Of a stretch of 64,000 nt of DNA, positions 1 through 9,659 are shown piece by piece. The position numbers and the translations under genes were made by a program. Under the pieces are notes generated by a model that saw only the letters and a list, made by a program, of their open reading frames with translations, did not search any database and was not told the origin of the DNA. Location: contig OY970296.1 of NCBI GenBank assembly GCA_963716175.1, forward strand, positions 1,728,001-1,792,000, given 5' to 3'. This DNA is from an uncultured Armatimonadetes bacterium (GTDB lineage Bacteria; Armatimonadota; Hebobacteria; Hebobacterales; Hebobacteraceae). Numbering within the stretch: position 1 is the stretch's first letter; each line of letters opens with the position of its first letter.

Positions 1-1099
1 GAACACCGACTTCGCGTCCCTGTACGCCTGCAATCTGATCCGTAAGTATGGCGATAGCTGGCAGCGCCGCGCGGAGGTGCAGAGCGTTCAGCGGTTGCGC
101 TCCTGGGGCTTCAGCGGAGGCGGTAAATGGGGCACACCCGAGGCCTTGGTGGAGACGCCCGTGGTGAGTCGCGGAGGCGTGCCAGACCTGGTAGACCATC
201 CCGACGTCTTCGATCCGGCTGTACAGGAAGCGGTCCGGGCGAGGCTGGCCGAGCAGATCACCCCGCGGCGGAGCGATCCCCGCGTCCTTGGCTGGGCGGT
301 CGGCAGCGAGAAGGATGAGCTGATCCAGCCAGACGAGATCCTGAAGATCCTCCAGATGGCATCGACCGCCCCGGCAAAACGCGCGCTCATGGACTACGTG
401 CTTGGCTCTCGCTACCGCGGCTCGCTCAGCGCTCTCGGTACGGCCTGGGGCCTCTCCGCGGAAACGCGCGAGGGATTGTACGCGACGACACCTACTCCTC
501 CGCCGCCGGATGTGGAGGCGATGCGCCTGTACTATGTGGACAGGTACTATGAACTCCTCTACCGGACAGTGAAGGCCATCGACCCGAACCATCTCTACCT
601 GGGCTGCTATCTCTGTCCCGTCTGTGCGGAGCGCGAGGAGGACTGGCTCCTGGCCGGGCGCCACGCGGACGTGGTGAGCTATGACCTCTATACCCTGGAG
701 TACGGCAACGAGCGGCTGCGGCGCATGGAGGCCGAACTGGGCAAGCCGACGTTCTGCGGGGAGTTCTCCTACCCGGCCTGGTACGACGGACAAAGGGGAT
801 TTGGGAGGTTCCGTGTGAGCACGCGGGACGACGCCGAGGCCGGTGAGAAATACCGCGCCTGGGTGCAAGCTGCGGCTCGTGACCCGCATTGCGTCGGTGG
901 CTCCTGGTTCGAGTATCGTGACCAGCCGATCACTGGCCGAGGGCCGGGGTATGGCCCGCGGCCGGTCTACGGCGAGCATTTCGCCTTCGGGCTGGTCGGC
1001 GAGACCGACCGGCCGAAGTGGGAGATGGTAGCGCGAATGCGGGAGGCGAACCTGCGGGCCGCGCACTGGCGGATGGAGGCTGCACGGCAGAGGCAGTGA
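1..1099 (+). CDS. Glycoside hydrolase, GH50 beta-agarase-like TIM barrel (5'-truncated by window)
   Basis: Frame open from position 2 (NLIRKYGDSW...RLRSWGF), then DPNHLYLG, DVVSY, GEFS and GENxxxGLV-like (GEHFAFGLV) motifs. Confidence 0.65.
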   Translation, partial: NTDFASLYACNLIRKYGDSWQRRAEVQSVQRLRSWGFSGGGKWGTPEALVETPVVSRGGVPDLVDHPDVFDPAVQEAVRARLAEQITPRRSDPRVLGWAVGSEKDELIQPDEILKILQMASTAPAKRALMDYVLGSRYRGSLSALGTAWGLSAETREGLYATTPTPPPPDVEAMRLYYVDRYYELLYRTVKAIDPNHLYLGCYLCPVCAEREEDWLLAGRHADVVSYDLYTLEYGNERLRRMEAELGKPTFCGEFSYPAWYDGQRGFGRFRVSTRDDAEAGEKYRAWVQAAARDPHCVGGSWFEYRDQPITGRGPGYGPRPVYGEHFAFGLVGETDRPKWEMVARMREANLRAAHWRMEAARQRQ

Positions 1100-1158
1100 T
1101 GCTGGGGCCGCCGACCAACTGCGTCTGTCACCCCTCGGACAACTCGAATGGCCCTACC

Positions 1159-1896
1159 ATGGAGGTGCGCCTGGGCACCTGCGGCTGGTCCTTCGCCGAC
1201 TGGAAGGGCACCTTCTACCCTCCCGGCACCAAAGACGAGCTGGCCTACTACGCCAGCCACTTCGACACCGTCGAGATCGACAGCACCTACTACCGCATAC
1301 CCTCAGCCAGGATCGTTGACGGGTGGCGTGACCGGACCCCCCCGGGGTTCCTCTTCTGCCCCAAACTGCCCGGCGAGATCACTCACGAGAAGATGCTCGA
1401 GGGCGCCGACGAGCAGGTCGCGGCGTTCACCGATGTGATCTCCCGGCTGGGCGACAAGCTGGGCCCGATTCTGGTTCAGCTTCATCCCAGCTTCGCCCAC
1501 GACCAACTCCCGAAGCTCGCAGCATTCCTGTCGGGTCTGCCGGCCGAGTTCCGGTACGCAGTCGAGTTCCGACATCGTTCATGGCTCGATCAGACCGATG
1601 CGCTCCAGCTCCTGCGTTCCCTGAGCATGGGCCTGGCGATGGCGCACCACCCTTGGTACGCGCGAATCCGAGGAGTCACCGCAGACTTCGCCTACCTGCG
1701 GCTGCTGGGCCGTCGCAATGTCTTCCCCGACTTCGGGCGGATGCATCGGCCCCACGACGAGGTGCTCGCGGAGTGGGCTGCGTTTCTGGAGGCGATAGCC
1801 TCACGGGTGACCCGATGCTATGTCCTCGTCAACAACCAGTTCGAGGGGCACAGCCCGGCTACGGTTGGGCGATTGCGGGCGTTGCTGGCGACATAG
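1159..1896 (+). CDS. DUF72 family protein
   Basis: GTCGWSFADWKGTFYP, EIDSTYY, KLPGEITH, LGPILVQL, VEFRH, YLRLLG, NNQFEGH. Confidence 0.9.
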   Translation: MEVRLGTCGWSFADWKGTFYPPGTKDELAYYASHFDTVEIDSTYYRIPSARIVDGWRDRTPPGFLFCPKLPGEITHEKMLEGADEQVAAFTDVISRLGDKLGPILVQLHPSFAHDQLPKLAAFLSGLPAEFRYAVEFRHRSWLDQTDALQLLRSLSMGLAMAHHPWYARIRGVTADFAYLRLLGRRNVFPDFGRMHRPHDEVLAEWAAFLEAIASRVTRCYVLVNNQFEGHSPATVGRLRALLAT

Positions 1897-2040
1897 GTGC
1901 GGGAGTGGGAGCATGACACCCCTGAAGTGGCTTGGTCTGTGTTGCTGGGCCGGCGCGAAGGAGACCGAGTTGGCTATAGTCTCCGGGCCACGCGCCAGGC
2001 CGAGATCACCATGGGGCTTCGCTGCCAGTGCCGAGAGAAG

Positions 2041-2712
2041 CTACCTTCCCAGGATACGCCGGATGCCCGCGGCGAACTCGACCGCACCGCCCCGTGCAGG
2101 ATGGCGGACATACTCACTGGCAATGCTGGCCAGGGACAGACCCTGCTCTGCCTTGCGGCCGATCGCGATGATAGTCTCGGGTGCGACGATGCGCACGATC
2201 TCTGCAACGATTCCTGCGAAACGACGGATCTCTGCGCGGGTGGGCGTCCGCACAGTGAGTGGTCGGTTTGCCTCGTGGGGGTGAAGAGGGACCAGATCTC
2301 AGACTATGAACCCGGGATCGCTGTAGTAAGGCAGCATGACATCCCAAAACGTGAGGGCTGAGGCGGACACGTAAGGCGGGGCAGCGTGCTTGCGCAGCAT
2401 CCCGGCAGGGGGGCTATCCCGGCTCGACCGTGCTCCCTGCAGAGGGAAGCCGGGACACGAGAGAAGCTGCCGCTCACCCGTGAACGGCACTCCCGAGAAC
2501 CGACAGCCCCATGGCCCGGCGGCTTCGCCCACCACAAGCACCGTCGGCCCAGGAGGTAGGCGCATGAGATAGCCGGTCAGGTTGTGCCGTCGTATCTCTG
2601 CGGCGCCAGGCGCATCGACCAGGGGTTCTTCATCAGCATACTGGTTGAACAGCTCGCTCGTGGACGCGATCGGGAAAACCGTCCTCTCCAGCAGCCCGAG
2701 CAGTTCTCGCAT
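2041..2712 (-). pseudogene. Uracil-DNA glycosylase-like protein with an in-frame TGA at 2299-2301
   Basis: LVVGEAAGPWGCRFSGVPFT ... FIV*DLVPLHPH ... RTPT ... IAIGRKA ... VRHPARGG all in one frame (672 nt); the stop sits where Trp is expected. Confidence 0.75.
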
Positions 2713-2729
2713 GGCCCATTCTCTTCACA

Positions 2730-3524
2730 TCACGGCGTGTGGTCGAAGCAGGACAGGCATCGCCCGGACTCAATCAGTGTCTTCACTACGGACTGGACCT
2801 TGCGGCGTACCTCGCTGAACTCCGGCAATCGTGCAGCCGTGTGCTCCTCCAGGTAGAGGGAGCGGTTGATCTCCACCATGATCGAGAGCACCCTCTCATC
2901 TCTCCGGTAGAAGCTGTGGGGTACGACGGTTCCGGCGTACGGCCGGTTCAGCTCCACGCGCCACCCGAGATCGCTGGATGCAGCCACCGCAGTCCGCTGC
3001 AGCCACTCAGGGGTATGGAACGGGTCCGTCCCGATGCAGATGTCCGGACGAAGTGGCGCCCGATCCATATCGCAGGGCAGAGGCGAGGAAGGGAAACTGT
3101 GAGCATCAATGATGAGGGAGTGGCCAGTCGCCTCCAGTGCCTCGCGGACAAGCTGCTCAAGCCTCTCGTGATGGGGAACATAGTAGCACTCAAGCAGCCG
3201 CTGCCGCTCTTCGGCCTCCAGGGTCGACCTCAGCGCTCGTCCGTCCGAGGTTCTAGTATAGATCGCTCCCATTCCTCGACTGGCCATTGGTTCGTCTGCG
3301 TCGTCGGCGAATCTCTCCGGATCGACTACCAGCCTGCTCACTGGGAAGAGGAGCCTGTCGGCCAGTTCCGCACCAACTTCGAAGAGCTCATCGGTGTACC
3401 AGTCGGTCATCCTGAGCAGTTCCTGAGCGAGCGCCTCACCCGAGATCGCCAACTTGGCGGCCTCGCTCGCCGGTATGACGGTCGACGCGTGGGGGAGGTG
3501 GAGGATGACTCCTATGGCAAGCAT
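2730..3524 (-). CDS. N-formylglutamate amidohydrolase family
   Basis: HLPHAS, TDWYTDELF, SRLVVDPERF, YYVPHH, IDAHSF, PDICIG, NRPYAG, MVEINR. Confidence 0.9.
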   Translation of the reverse strand: MLAIGVILHLPHASTVIPASEAAKLAISGEALAQELLRMTDWYTDELFEVGAELADRLLFPVSRLVVDPERFADDADEPMASRGMGAIYTRTSDGRALRSTLEAEERQRLLECYYVPHHERLEQLVREALEATGHSLIIDAHSFPSSPLPCDMDRAPLRPDICIGTDPFHTPEWLQRTAVAASSDLGWRVELNRPYAGTVVPHSFYRRDERVLSIMVEINRSLYLEEHTAARLPEFSEVRRKVQSVVKTLIESGRCLSCFDHTP

Positions 3525-3651
3525 ACGCTCGCGTCCCGACTCGAGTGCTGTGCGGCGAGTTGCACTGTGAACCAGTCTCGCCAGCGGCAGACCGCGCCGG
3601 GAGCAGCACTAGGTTTAGCGCTCGTGACGAGGCCTGCGCGCTCGAAAATGC

Positions 3652-4197
3652 TCATCCTGTGCTCCCCAAACCTCCTCGCGGTGGGAAAGCAACCTGCTCC
3701 GAGCGGATAATCGCCCTCAATGGTGTGCCGCCAACGTCGAGCGGACCCTCACACCACATCTTGTCTGGCACCACTCCCGCGCTGTGAGTCCGCACCGCCC
3801 TGTCCCAATCGTCTGCGGTGTGAAACAACTCGCCGCGATTGTTCATCTCGTCGGCGTTGAGAAAACCCAAGTACACCAAGACCACTGGCACGTCCATCGA
3901 AGCGAGTTTCCACGCCCACGCAAACCGGTTGCTGAGCTGGTAGTGCGAGTCACGTGACAGCCCCCAGCCGCTGACTATTCCGTTCAAGGCCGTGTTGGCC
4001 TCCTGGATCGCCACACCAATCTTCTCGTGGTTCTCCCATCCATTCGCGGTCCTCGGCTTCGGCTTGCCGCTGCTGGATAGCTCTTTCCAGTGGGCCTTGG
4101 CCTCTACCAGCATCAGGCCTTCCGCCCCCTGGATTGTGCACTTGCTGGCGATGTCCCAATTGGGGGTATTCGCTCCCGGGCCCACCTTCAGCCACCA
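3652..4197 (-). pseudogene. 3' part of a PD-(D/E)XK-like hypothetical gene split by the IS1595 element
   Basis: Removing the element and one TSD gives ...LREQVSK-WWLKVGPGANTPNWDIAS...LVEAKAH in frame with 9417-9659. Confidence 0.8.
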
Positions 4198-4692
4198 CTT
4201 AGAAAGGCAATAATATACTTCACGCAGCGGCCAAAGTCTGAAGGGATGCGAGTATGGAAATAGAACTTTGGAAGAAGCATTCGAACTACGAAAACTCGAC
4301 TGGGGGGTGCAAACCTATGACGATCATCGTCGGGATCGTGTGTACCGGCGGATTGGTCATTGCTTCGGATAGCCAGGCAACCAGCTTCAAGGGTGTTCTC
4401 GGCAAGCGGCAACAACCCAAAATCCATGCGATGAACGGCGGAATCGGCGTTCATGCCGTTGTGACTGGGGCAGGTGCAGTAGCCTGGCTCTCCAAGGCCG
4501 TTGAAAGGCTAGCGACCCTGTGCGAGGGCCGTCGCTTCGGTAGTGTGGCCGAAGTCGCGACCGAAGCGGAGAAAGCCATTTTCGGCCTGATCAAAGACTA
4601 TGCCGTTGACCGCATGAGACAATTAGGACCCGCAGTTGGTGGCCCGCCTGCGTCTACCGCACAGGCGCGCCATCTGCAGGATGAACCGTATC

Positions 4693-6148
4693 GATTATGT
4701 CCCGCCCGTAGTGTAAGGTTGGGCGGTCCCTCTCGCGTATCTTAGGCCGCGACACGGCCCTCGTCAACTGAGATCTGCGACCGGTCGCTAAGCGACTGGC
4801 CTTCGTCCAGCACGGCCTTCAGCATCCAGAGGCCCTTGTGCCCCATGATCTTGCGGAAGCTGCGCTCGGTCTCCAGCGCGGCCGCCCCGGCCCAGCGCAA
4901 GGCCATCTCTCCCGAGCGCCAGCGGGTGACGCGGCCGGTGCGACCCTCCACCCCCGAGAGCGAGCTCTCGATGATGTTGGTGGTGGTCAGGCAGGTGTGC
5001 AGCATCGGCGACAGCCCCAGTCGGGCGATGGTGAAGGTCTCCTCCAAGCCCTCCCGCAGGCTGGCCGCGGCCTTGGGATGAGTTCGCTCCAGCCACTCGA
5101 TCTGGGTGTGCAGCCGCGCCATCCCTTCCTTGGGCTCCAGCTTCCACGCCGCCCGCAGCGCCGCCGCCACCTGCCCCTGCATCTCTTTGGGCAGGTAGCC
5201 CAGCACGTTCCGGCGCTTGTGCGCCTGGCAGCGCTGCACCGGATGCTGCTTGCCGAAGACATCATCAATCGCCTTGCGCAACGCCTTCGAGCCATCAATC
5301 ACCAACAGCCGTCTGCGCTCCGGGCGCACCCCTCGCTCCACCAGCTCCTCCAGCAGTCCCTTCACTACCACCGCGTTCTCCGTGGCCCCCTCGGTGAGGC
5401 CCAGGACGTGTTTGCAGCCCGCTGCGTCCACTCCGATGGCACTCACCACCTGGTGGCCCCCGAAGTGCTTGCCGTCCAGGTAGATCACCAACAGGTCAAG
5501 GTCATCGAAGCGCCGCTCGCACAGCTCCCGCAGCGCCTCCGCACTCGCCTCTTGCAGCTGCCGGCTCACCGCCGAGCGCGATACCCCGCAGCGCTCCGCC
5601 AGCTCCGGCACCACCTCCTGGTAATGGCGCGTGCTCACCCCTCGCATCACAATCGACAGCATCCGCTCCCGCAGCCTCTCATCGGACTGCATCGCGGCAT
5701 AAGCCGGCACCGCCACCTCAGCCCCCTCCCCGCCGCCCTTCCGGCGCAACCGCGGCTTGCTCACCCGCACCTTCTGGCCCCCCAGCGCGACTATCCCGCC
5801 TTGCTCGCCATGGCGCCGGATCACCCCGCCCGGCCGGCCCGGATGCGCCGGCCCCGCCACCTCTTCGGCTGAGATCAGCAGCACCGCCTCCAGCGCCGCC
5901 TTTCCCATCTCCCCCACTAGCTCTTCCACGGCGAGTTGCCCCGCCTCCAGCAGTTCCATCATCGGCACCAGCGCCGCCCCCTCCCTCGCCAGAAACTGGC
6001 GCAGCGCGGCACTACCCTTGCGACCCACAACCTGATACTCTCTTCTCACGGCGGTTCTCTCCTTTTCAAGCTTTGGGTTACCCGATTCTATCAGAACCGG
6101 GCTGGAGAGAGCCGCCTCAACCTTCAACTATGAACGGGACACCATCCC
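4693..6148 (-). mobile_element. IS256-family insertion sequence
   Basis: Imperfect ~28-bp TIRs (GATtaTGTCCCG..TAGT..AAGGTT); 7-bp direct repeat CCGTATC at 4686-4692 and 6149-6155; ends uncertain by ~2 bp. Confidence 0.85.
4742..6049 (-). CDS. IS256/Mutator-family transposase
   Basis: GVSTRHY, IYLDG, GKHVLG-like, TEN, VIDGSKAL, QRCQAHKRRN, TTNIIES; GTG start after AAGGAGA. Confidence 0.92.
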   Translation of the reverse strand: MRREYQVVGRKGSAALRQFLAREGAALVPMMELLEAGQLAVEELVGEMGKAALEAVLLISAEEVAGPAHPGRPGGVIRRHGEQGGIVALGGQKVRVSKPRLRRKGGGEGAEVAVPAYAAMQSDERLRERMLSIVMRGVSTRHYQEVVPELAERCGVSRSAVSRQLQEASAEALRELCERRFDDLDLLVIYLDGKHFGGHQVVSAIGVDAAGCKHVLGLTEGATENAVVVKGLLEELVERGVRPERRRLLVIDGSKALRKAIDDVFGKQHPVQRCQAHKRRNVLGYLPKEMQGQVAAALRAAWKLEPKEGMARLHTQIEWLERTHPKAAASLREGLEETFTIARLGLSPMLHTCLTTTNIIESSLSGVEGRTGRVTRWRSGEMALRWAGAAALETERSFRKIMGHKGLWMLKAVLDEGQSLSDRSQISVDEGRVAA

Positions 6149-6632
6149 CCGTATCCATCTCCCAACATTCACTTGATGCTTGGAGGATATGACAAAGCAC
6201 CTGATCTGTACACCATCGCGGGCGATGGCATCGCCCAGAAAGAAGAGACATACGCCTCCGTTGGTAGCGGTTCCGCATATGCCGATTACATTCTGCAGCG
6301 TCTATATGTCGAGGGCATGAAGCTATCCGAGGGATTGGACTGCGCCGCGTACACTATCGAAGAGGTCAAGAAAGTAGACCCAAGTTGCGGCGGGCCTGTT
6401 CAACTCATCACGGTTGATGCCAAGGGAGTGCACTCCTTCACGTCGGATGACACTAAGTCGGTTGTAGATCGAGTGACGGTGCGCGATGACCTGCTGGCCG
6501 AGATGTGGCGCGCGCTGGTATTTGGTCGAAAGAGCCACGCCGATGTGAGGAAGTTTCTTGGTCTGCCTACACGCGGGCGAAAGGCCAAGCAGAGCCAGTA
6601 ACGGGTTTCACTCGAACAGGGTGAAGTCCGAG

Positions 6633-6794
6633 TCAGCCTGCCCGGACGGACTTCTTCACGCGTGGCCGCTTCTTCCTGGGGAGTGCCTGCTGTCTACCGG
6701 CCTCGGTCTTCGGAACCGCGAGGAGGCGCTTCGCGAGGGACTGGAAGCGGTGCCATTGGCTCGAGTCGGATTCCGTAGTTCTGGGGTTTTTCAT
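6633..6794 (-). CDS. Small basic protein (53 aa) inside the IS1595 element
   Basis: MKNPRTTESDSSQWHRFQSLAKRLLAVPKTEAGRQQALPRKKRPRVKKSVRAG; begins 1 nt after the upstream stop; below the ORF-track cutoff. Confidence 0.5.
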   Translation of the reverse strand: MKNPRTTESDSSQWHRFQSLAKRLLAVPKTEAGRQQALPRKKRPRVKKSVRAG

Positions 6795-6795
6795 A

Positions 6796-8385
6796 TCATC
6801 CCCTTGAATAACCTCGGAGCTTGAACCTTGCCTTAGAGTCTCGCACTATATCTTCGCGATGCTCGTGGTTGAACACGCCCCGCTTCACCAGTCTCATTAG
6901 CATCTTTCTGGCCGTTCCCCACGTTACGTGCGCTAATCTCTCCGCGTCGCTTACGCTGATCTGACCGTTCTTCGCGGCGAAACTGATGAATCGCTTCTCG
7001 TCTTCGGTAAGCGCGTCCGCCATCTGCGCGCCCAATATCTCTACCACGTCTGCTTCGATCCACATCTTTCGTTTGTGAATGTCGTTCCGAAGCACAACCC
7101 GGACCGTTGCGCAATCGCTCTCCCGCTGAGTGAACTCGGGAGGAGGCAGCTGCGCATCTCGCATCGTATCCCGGATACGTCGAGTACCTTCTGCCGCGCA
7201 TTTGACAAACTCGAGTTGGCGCAAGGAAGCCATGAGATAAGGGTTGCGGGGATTGTGAGTAGCATAGATGTTCTCTGGCGTCACAAAGGCCGGGAATGGC
7301 CCCGGGCTTTCTATCTCGAGTCTGTCCTCAAACATCCTTATGTAAATGGGCATGTTGCGCAGCCCATTGCCATATGAGCGATGAACGCAGGCATTCACGA
7401 TCGCTTCATACCAAGACCACTCAGGATACTCTGGGGAAGTTACGAACTTGCCCCCTGTTCCGAGCGCCGAGAACGTCCTGAGTTGTGACTTTACTATCTC
7501 TGCCGCCCTATCAATTTGCTCCGCGATAGTGCCCTCGATATCCTCATCTTTTACGGCGTTCCACGAAGTCCCCGACCCTTGCGTTTCGCCAGAGAACCTA
7601 AGGAATCTGATCTGACAACCAGGGAGGATGGCTCGAGGGTCGCGCGAGAACAGAATGGCACAGGCCACGTTGGGGATAAAGCGGCCTCCGACGCGCTTGC
7701 CGAGATACATAAGCTCAAGAATCTGCTCTAGGCTATGCCTAGCATCCCATCCCCTCCTAGCACGAACCCTCTCAGCGAAATCACCGATATACTTCATATC
7801 GAACTCGTCAGGATACGGTAGGTTGCATGGCTCACTTTCAAACCGAATTTCCCCCTTTTCGGCCTGCAGATGTCTAAGTTCTTCCCCTTTGACCTCTCTC
7901 TTTGTGTCTCCTACGCGCCGGAATGCCCGTCCGTCCGTCGTTTTTACGACTCGAGTGGGGTGATATTCGACGAAAACGACCGTCAGAAAGTCATCTGCCC
8001 CATCCCTATCGCGGTGAATCGCTACACGCCTTGACCTTGCGACCGCCTCGGGGCAGAAAGTTGATCCGATCTTCTCGAGTTCATTGAGCTGGTCCTGGCT
8101 TAGGCAAGAGCATCCCTCAAACTGCCTCTCTTTGGTGACTCCGATAACGATGATGCCGCCATCCGGCGTATTTGCCCACATCGAATAGTACTCAGCGAGT
8201 GGCTTCGAGTGCATTCCAGCGGATTTGCGCTCAATACGTCCGTCCTCGAGCAGTTGGCGTAGCAGGGCTTCATCACTCGAGTCGAATATCTCGCTCGGCG
8301 TCATCAACTGCGTGGGAGGTAAGGGCGCGGGCGTTTCGCTGAAGTCAATCCCCAGTTGGTCGTCTGTGGCTTTTGTGCCGCGCAT
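6796..8385 (-). CDS. Schlafen/AlbA_2 + HATPase_c_4 + C-terminal wHTH protein
   Basis: EDGRIERKS...WANTPDGGIIVIGV (AlbA_2); EAIVNACVHRSY, IESPG, PRNP, EGTRRI; C-terminal HTH. Confidence 0.85.
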   Translation of the reverse strand: MRGTKATDDQLGIDFSETPAPLPPTQLMTPSEIFDSSDEALLRQLLEDGRIERKSAGMHSKPLAEYYSMWANTPDGGIIVIGVTKERQFEGCSCLSQDQLNELEKIGSTFCPEAVARSRRVAIHRDRDGADDFLTVVFVEYHPTRVVKTTDGRAFRRVGDTKREVKGEELRHLQAEKGEIRFESEPCNLPYPDEFDMKYIGDFAERVRARRGWDARHSLEQILELMYLGKRVGGRFIPNVACAILFSRDPRAILPGCQIRFLRFSGETQGSGTSWNAVKDEDIEGTIAEQIDRAAEIVKSQLRTFSALGTGGKFVTSPEYPEWSWYEAIVNACVHRSYGNGLRNMPIYIRMFEDRLEIESPGPFPAFVTPENIYATHNPRNPYLMASLRQLEFVKCAAEGTRRIRDTMRDAQLPPPEFTQRESDCATVRVVLRNDIHKRKMWIEADVVEILGAQMADALTEDEKRFISFAAKNGQISVSDAERLAHVTWGTARKMLMRLVKRGVFNHEHREDIVRDSKARFKLRGYSRG

Positions 8386-8426
8386 GTGATTAGTTGCCCC
8401 TAGCGACTCGAGGGCGTCTTCCTCGG

Positions 8427-9365
8427 CTATGCTTGCGAGGGGGAACCTATGAGAGTTTGATACTCGAGCCGCTTCCCAGCCACGGAGGCCGCCACCCGCA
8501 AGAACCTTCCCGCGTCACTGTCCTTTCGGCAGTTGAAGCGAAAGACCTCCTCATCTAGGTAGCGAAACAGGTGGAATGGCTCCACGCTAACGTAGGTGCC
8601 CTTGATTCCCCGCTTCAGCAGGCTCCAGAAGTTCTCCATGCCGTTCGTGTGGACGTTTCCCTTGACGTAGGTTTCGGCGTGGTTTACGACTTGGTGGGCA
8701 TAGTCGGACTCGAGTCCGCTATAGGACTTCAGTTCGTCGGTGTAGACCGTGGACCCTGGCGCTACGTGCTTCCTGACTTCTGGGTGAAGGCTTTCTCGGC
8801 GAGTATTGGACACTACCTGGGTTCTGACTTCCCCGTGCCGCTCCAGCAGTCCCATGACGACAGCCTTTCCCACAGTCCCGCGGCCCTTCGCCCTACGCGC
8901 GCCGGGGTGCATATTGCGGGCCTTCCCACCGATGTAAGTTTCGTCTACCTCCACCTCGCCGGACAACTTGCCGAAGGTTCCCGCCTGCATCGCCAGCCGG
9001 ATTCGGTGAAGCACAAACCACGCGGACTTTTGGGTGATCCCCAGGGCGCGGGCTATCTCATAGGAGCTAACGCCGTTCTTCGCGTTGGCGATCATCCAGA
9101 TTGCGGCCAGCCACTTGTCCAGAGACAGGGCGCTGTCCTCGAAGATCGTGCCGACCTTGACAGAGAACTGCTTGCGCGGATGCTTCGCCTTGCACTCCCA
9201 TACCCGGCGCTTTTCCAGGAAGCGAACGTCTTTGCTGCCGCAGGTCGGGCAGGTTACGCCTTTGGGCCAGCGAAGGTCCACCACGAACCGAAGGCATAGG
9301 TCCGGGTCAGAGAAGTGGCGGATCGCGTCAACGAGGGTTTGGGGTACTTCGTTTCGGTCTTTCAT
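8427..9365 (-). CDS. IS1595-family DDE transposase
   Basis: N-terminal CPTC zinc ribbon; EVDETYIGG, YTDE, HTNGMENFWSLLKRG, HLFRYLDEEVFRFN. Confidence 0.95.
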   Translation of the reverse strand: MKDRNEVPQTLVDAIRHFSDPDLCLRFVVDLRWPKGVTCPTCGSKDVRFLEKRRVWECKAKHPRKQFSVKVGTIFEDSALSLDKWLAAIWMIANAKNGVSSYEIARALGITQKSAWFVLHRIRLAMQAGTFGKLSGEVEVDETYIGGKARNMHPGARRAKGRGTVGKAVVMGLLERHGEVRTQVVSNTRRESLHPEVRKHVAPGSTVYTDELKSYSGLESDYAHQVVNHAETYVKGNVHTNGMENFWSLLKRGIKGTYVSVEPFHLFRYLDEEVFRFNCRKDSDAGRFLRVAASVAGKRLEYQTLIGSPSQA

Positions 9366-9374
9366 AGTGGTGAC

Positions 9375-9403
9375 AGTATACCACGGCTAGCCTGCTGTGT
9401 CAA
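9375..9403 (-). promoter_or_regulatory. Sigma70 promoter overlapping the IS1595 terminal repeat
   Basis: TTGACA-17 bp-TATACT, 9 nt upstream of the transposase ATG. Confidence 0.7.
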
Positions 9404-9416
9404 GTATATTATTGCC

Positions 9417-9659
9417 CTTAGAAACCTGCTCCCGAAGTCCATCCGACAGAAACTCTGGAGTCTCACCTAATCTGGCCTCTCTCACATCATCAAAGCCACG
9501 GGGCAGCCAGAGGTGATCTGGACGAACCTGGCCCCATGGCGCGACCACCCCGGTCAGTCGTGCCGCCACCTCAGCGTCGCCGCCATGCGTCAACAGGTGA
9601 CAGCGGGGTTTGCTGCCGCGGCGTTCATCACATTCGAGCCTGTTCAGAAGATCACTCAT
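9417..9659 (-). pseudogene. 5' part of the gene disrupted by the IS1595 element
   Basis: MSDLLNRL...RGSKPRCHLLTHG...WLPRGF...REQVSK, in frame with 3652-4197 after excision. Confidence 0.8.

Larger units (their letters stand above)
4317..6601 (+). pseudogene. Proteasome beta-subunit-like Ntn (Thr) peptidase split by IS256 (4317-4692 + 6156-6601, ~273 aa restored)
   Basis: M-T-IIVGI..GLVIASDSQAT...KI (Thr1/Asp17/Lys33-type), SVGSGS, VDPSCGG; junction restores EPYPSPNIHLMLGGYD in frame. Confidence 0.85.
4206..9416 (-). mobile_element. IS1595-family transposon with passenger genes (5211 bp including nested IS256)
   Basis: TIRs GGCAATAATATACTTcACgCAGC (4206-4228) and the reverse complement at 9394-9416 (21/23 match); 8-bp TSD CTTAGAAA at 4198-4205 and 9417-9424; IS1595 transposase at one end. 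Confidence 0.95.

Noticed and set aside
2299-2301. Selenocysteine or genome-wide TGA reassignment
   Set aside because: The position corresponds to Trp rather than Cys, and many housekeeping genes here end in TGA.
6796-8385. RecG helicase
   Set aside because: No SF2 helicase motifs; the architecture is AlbA_2 + HATPase_c_4 + HTH.
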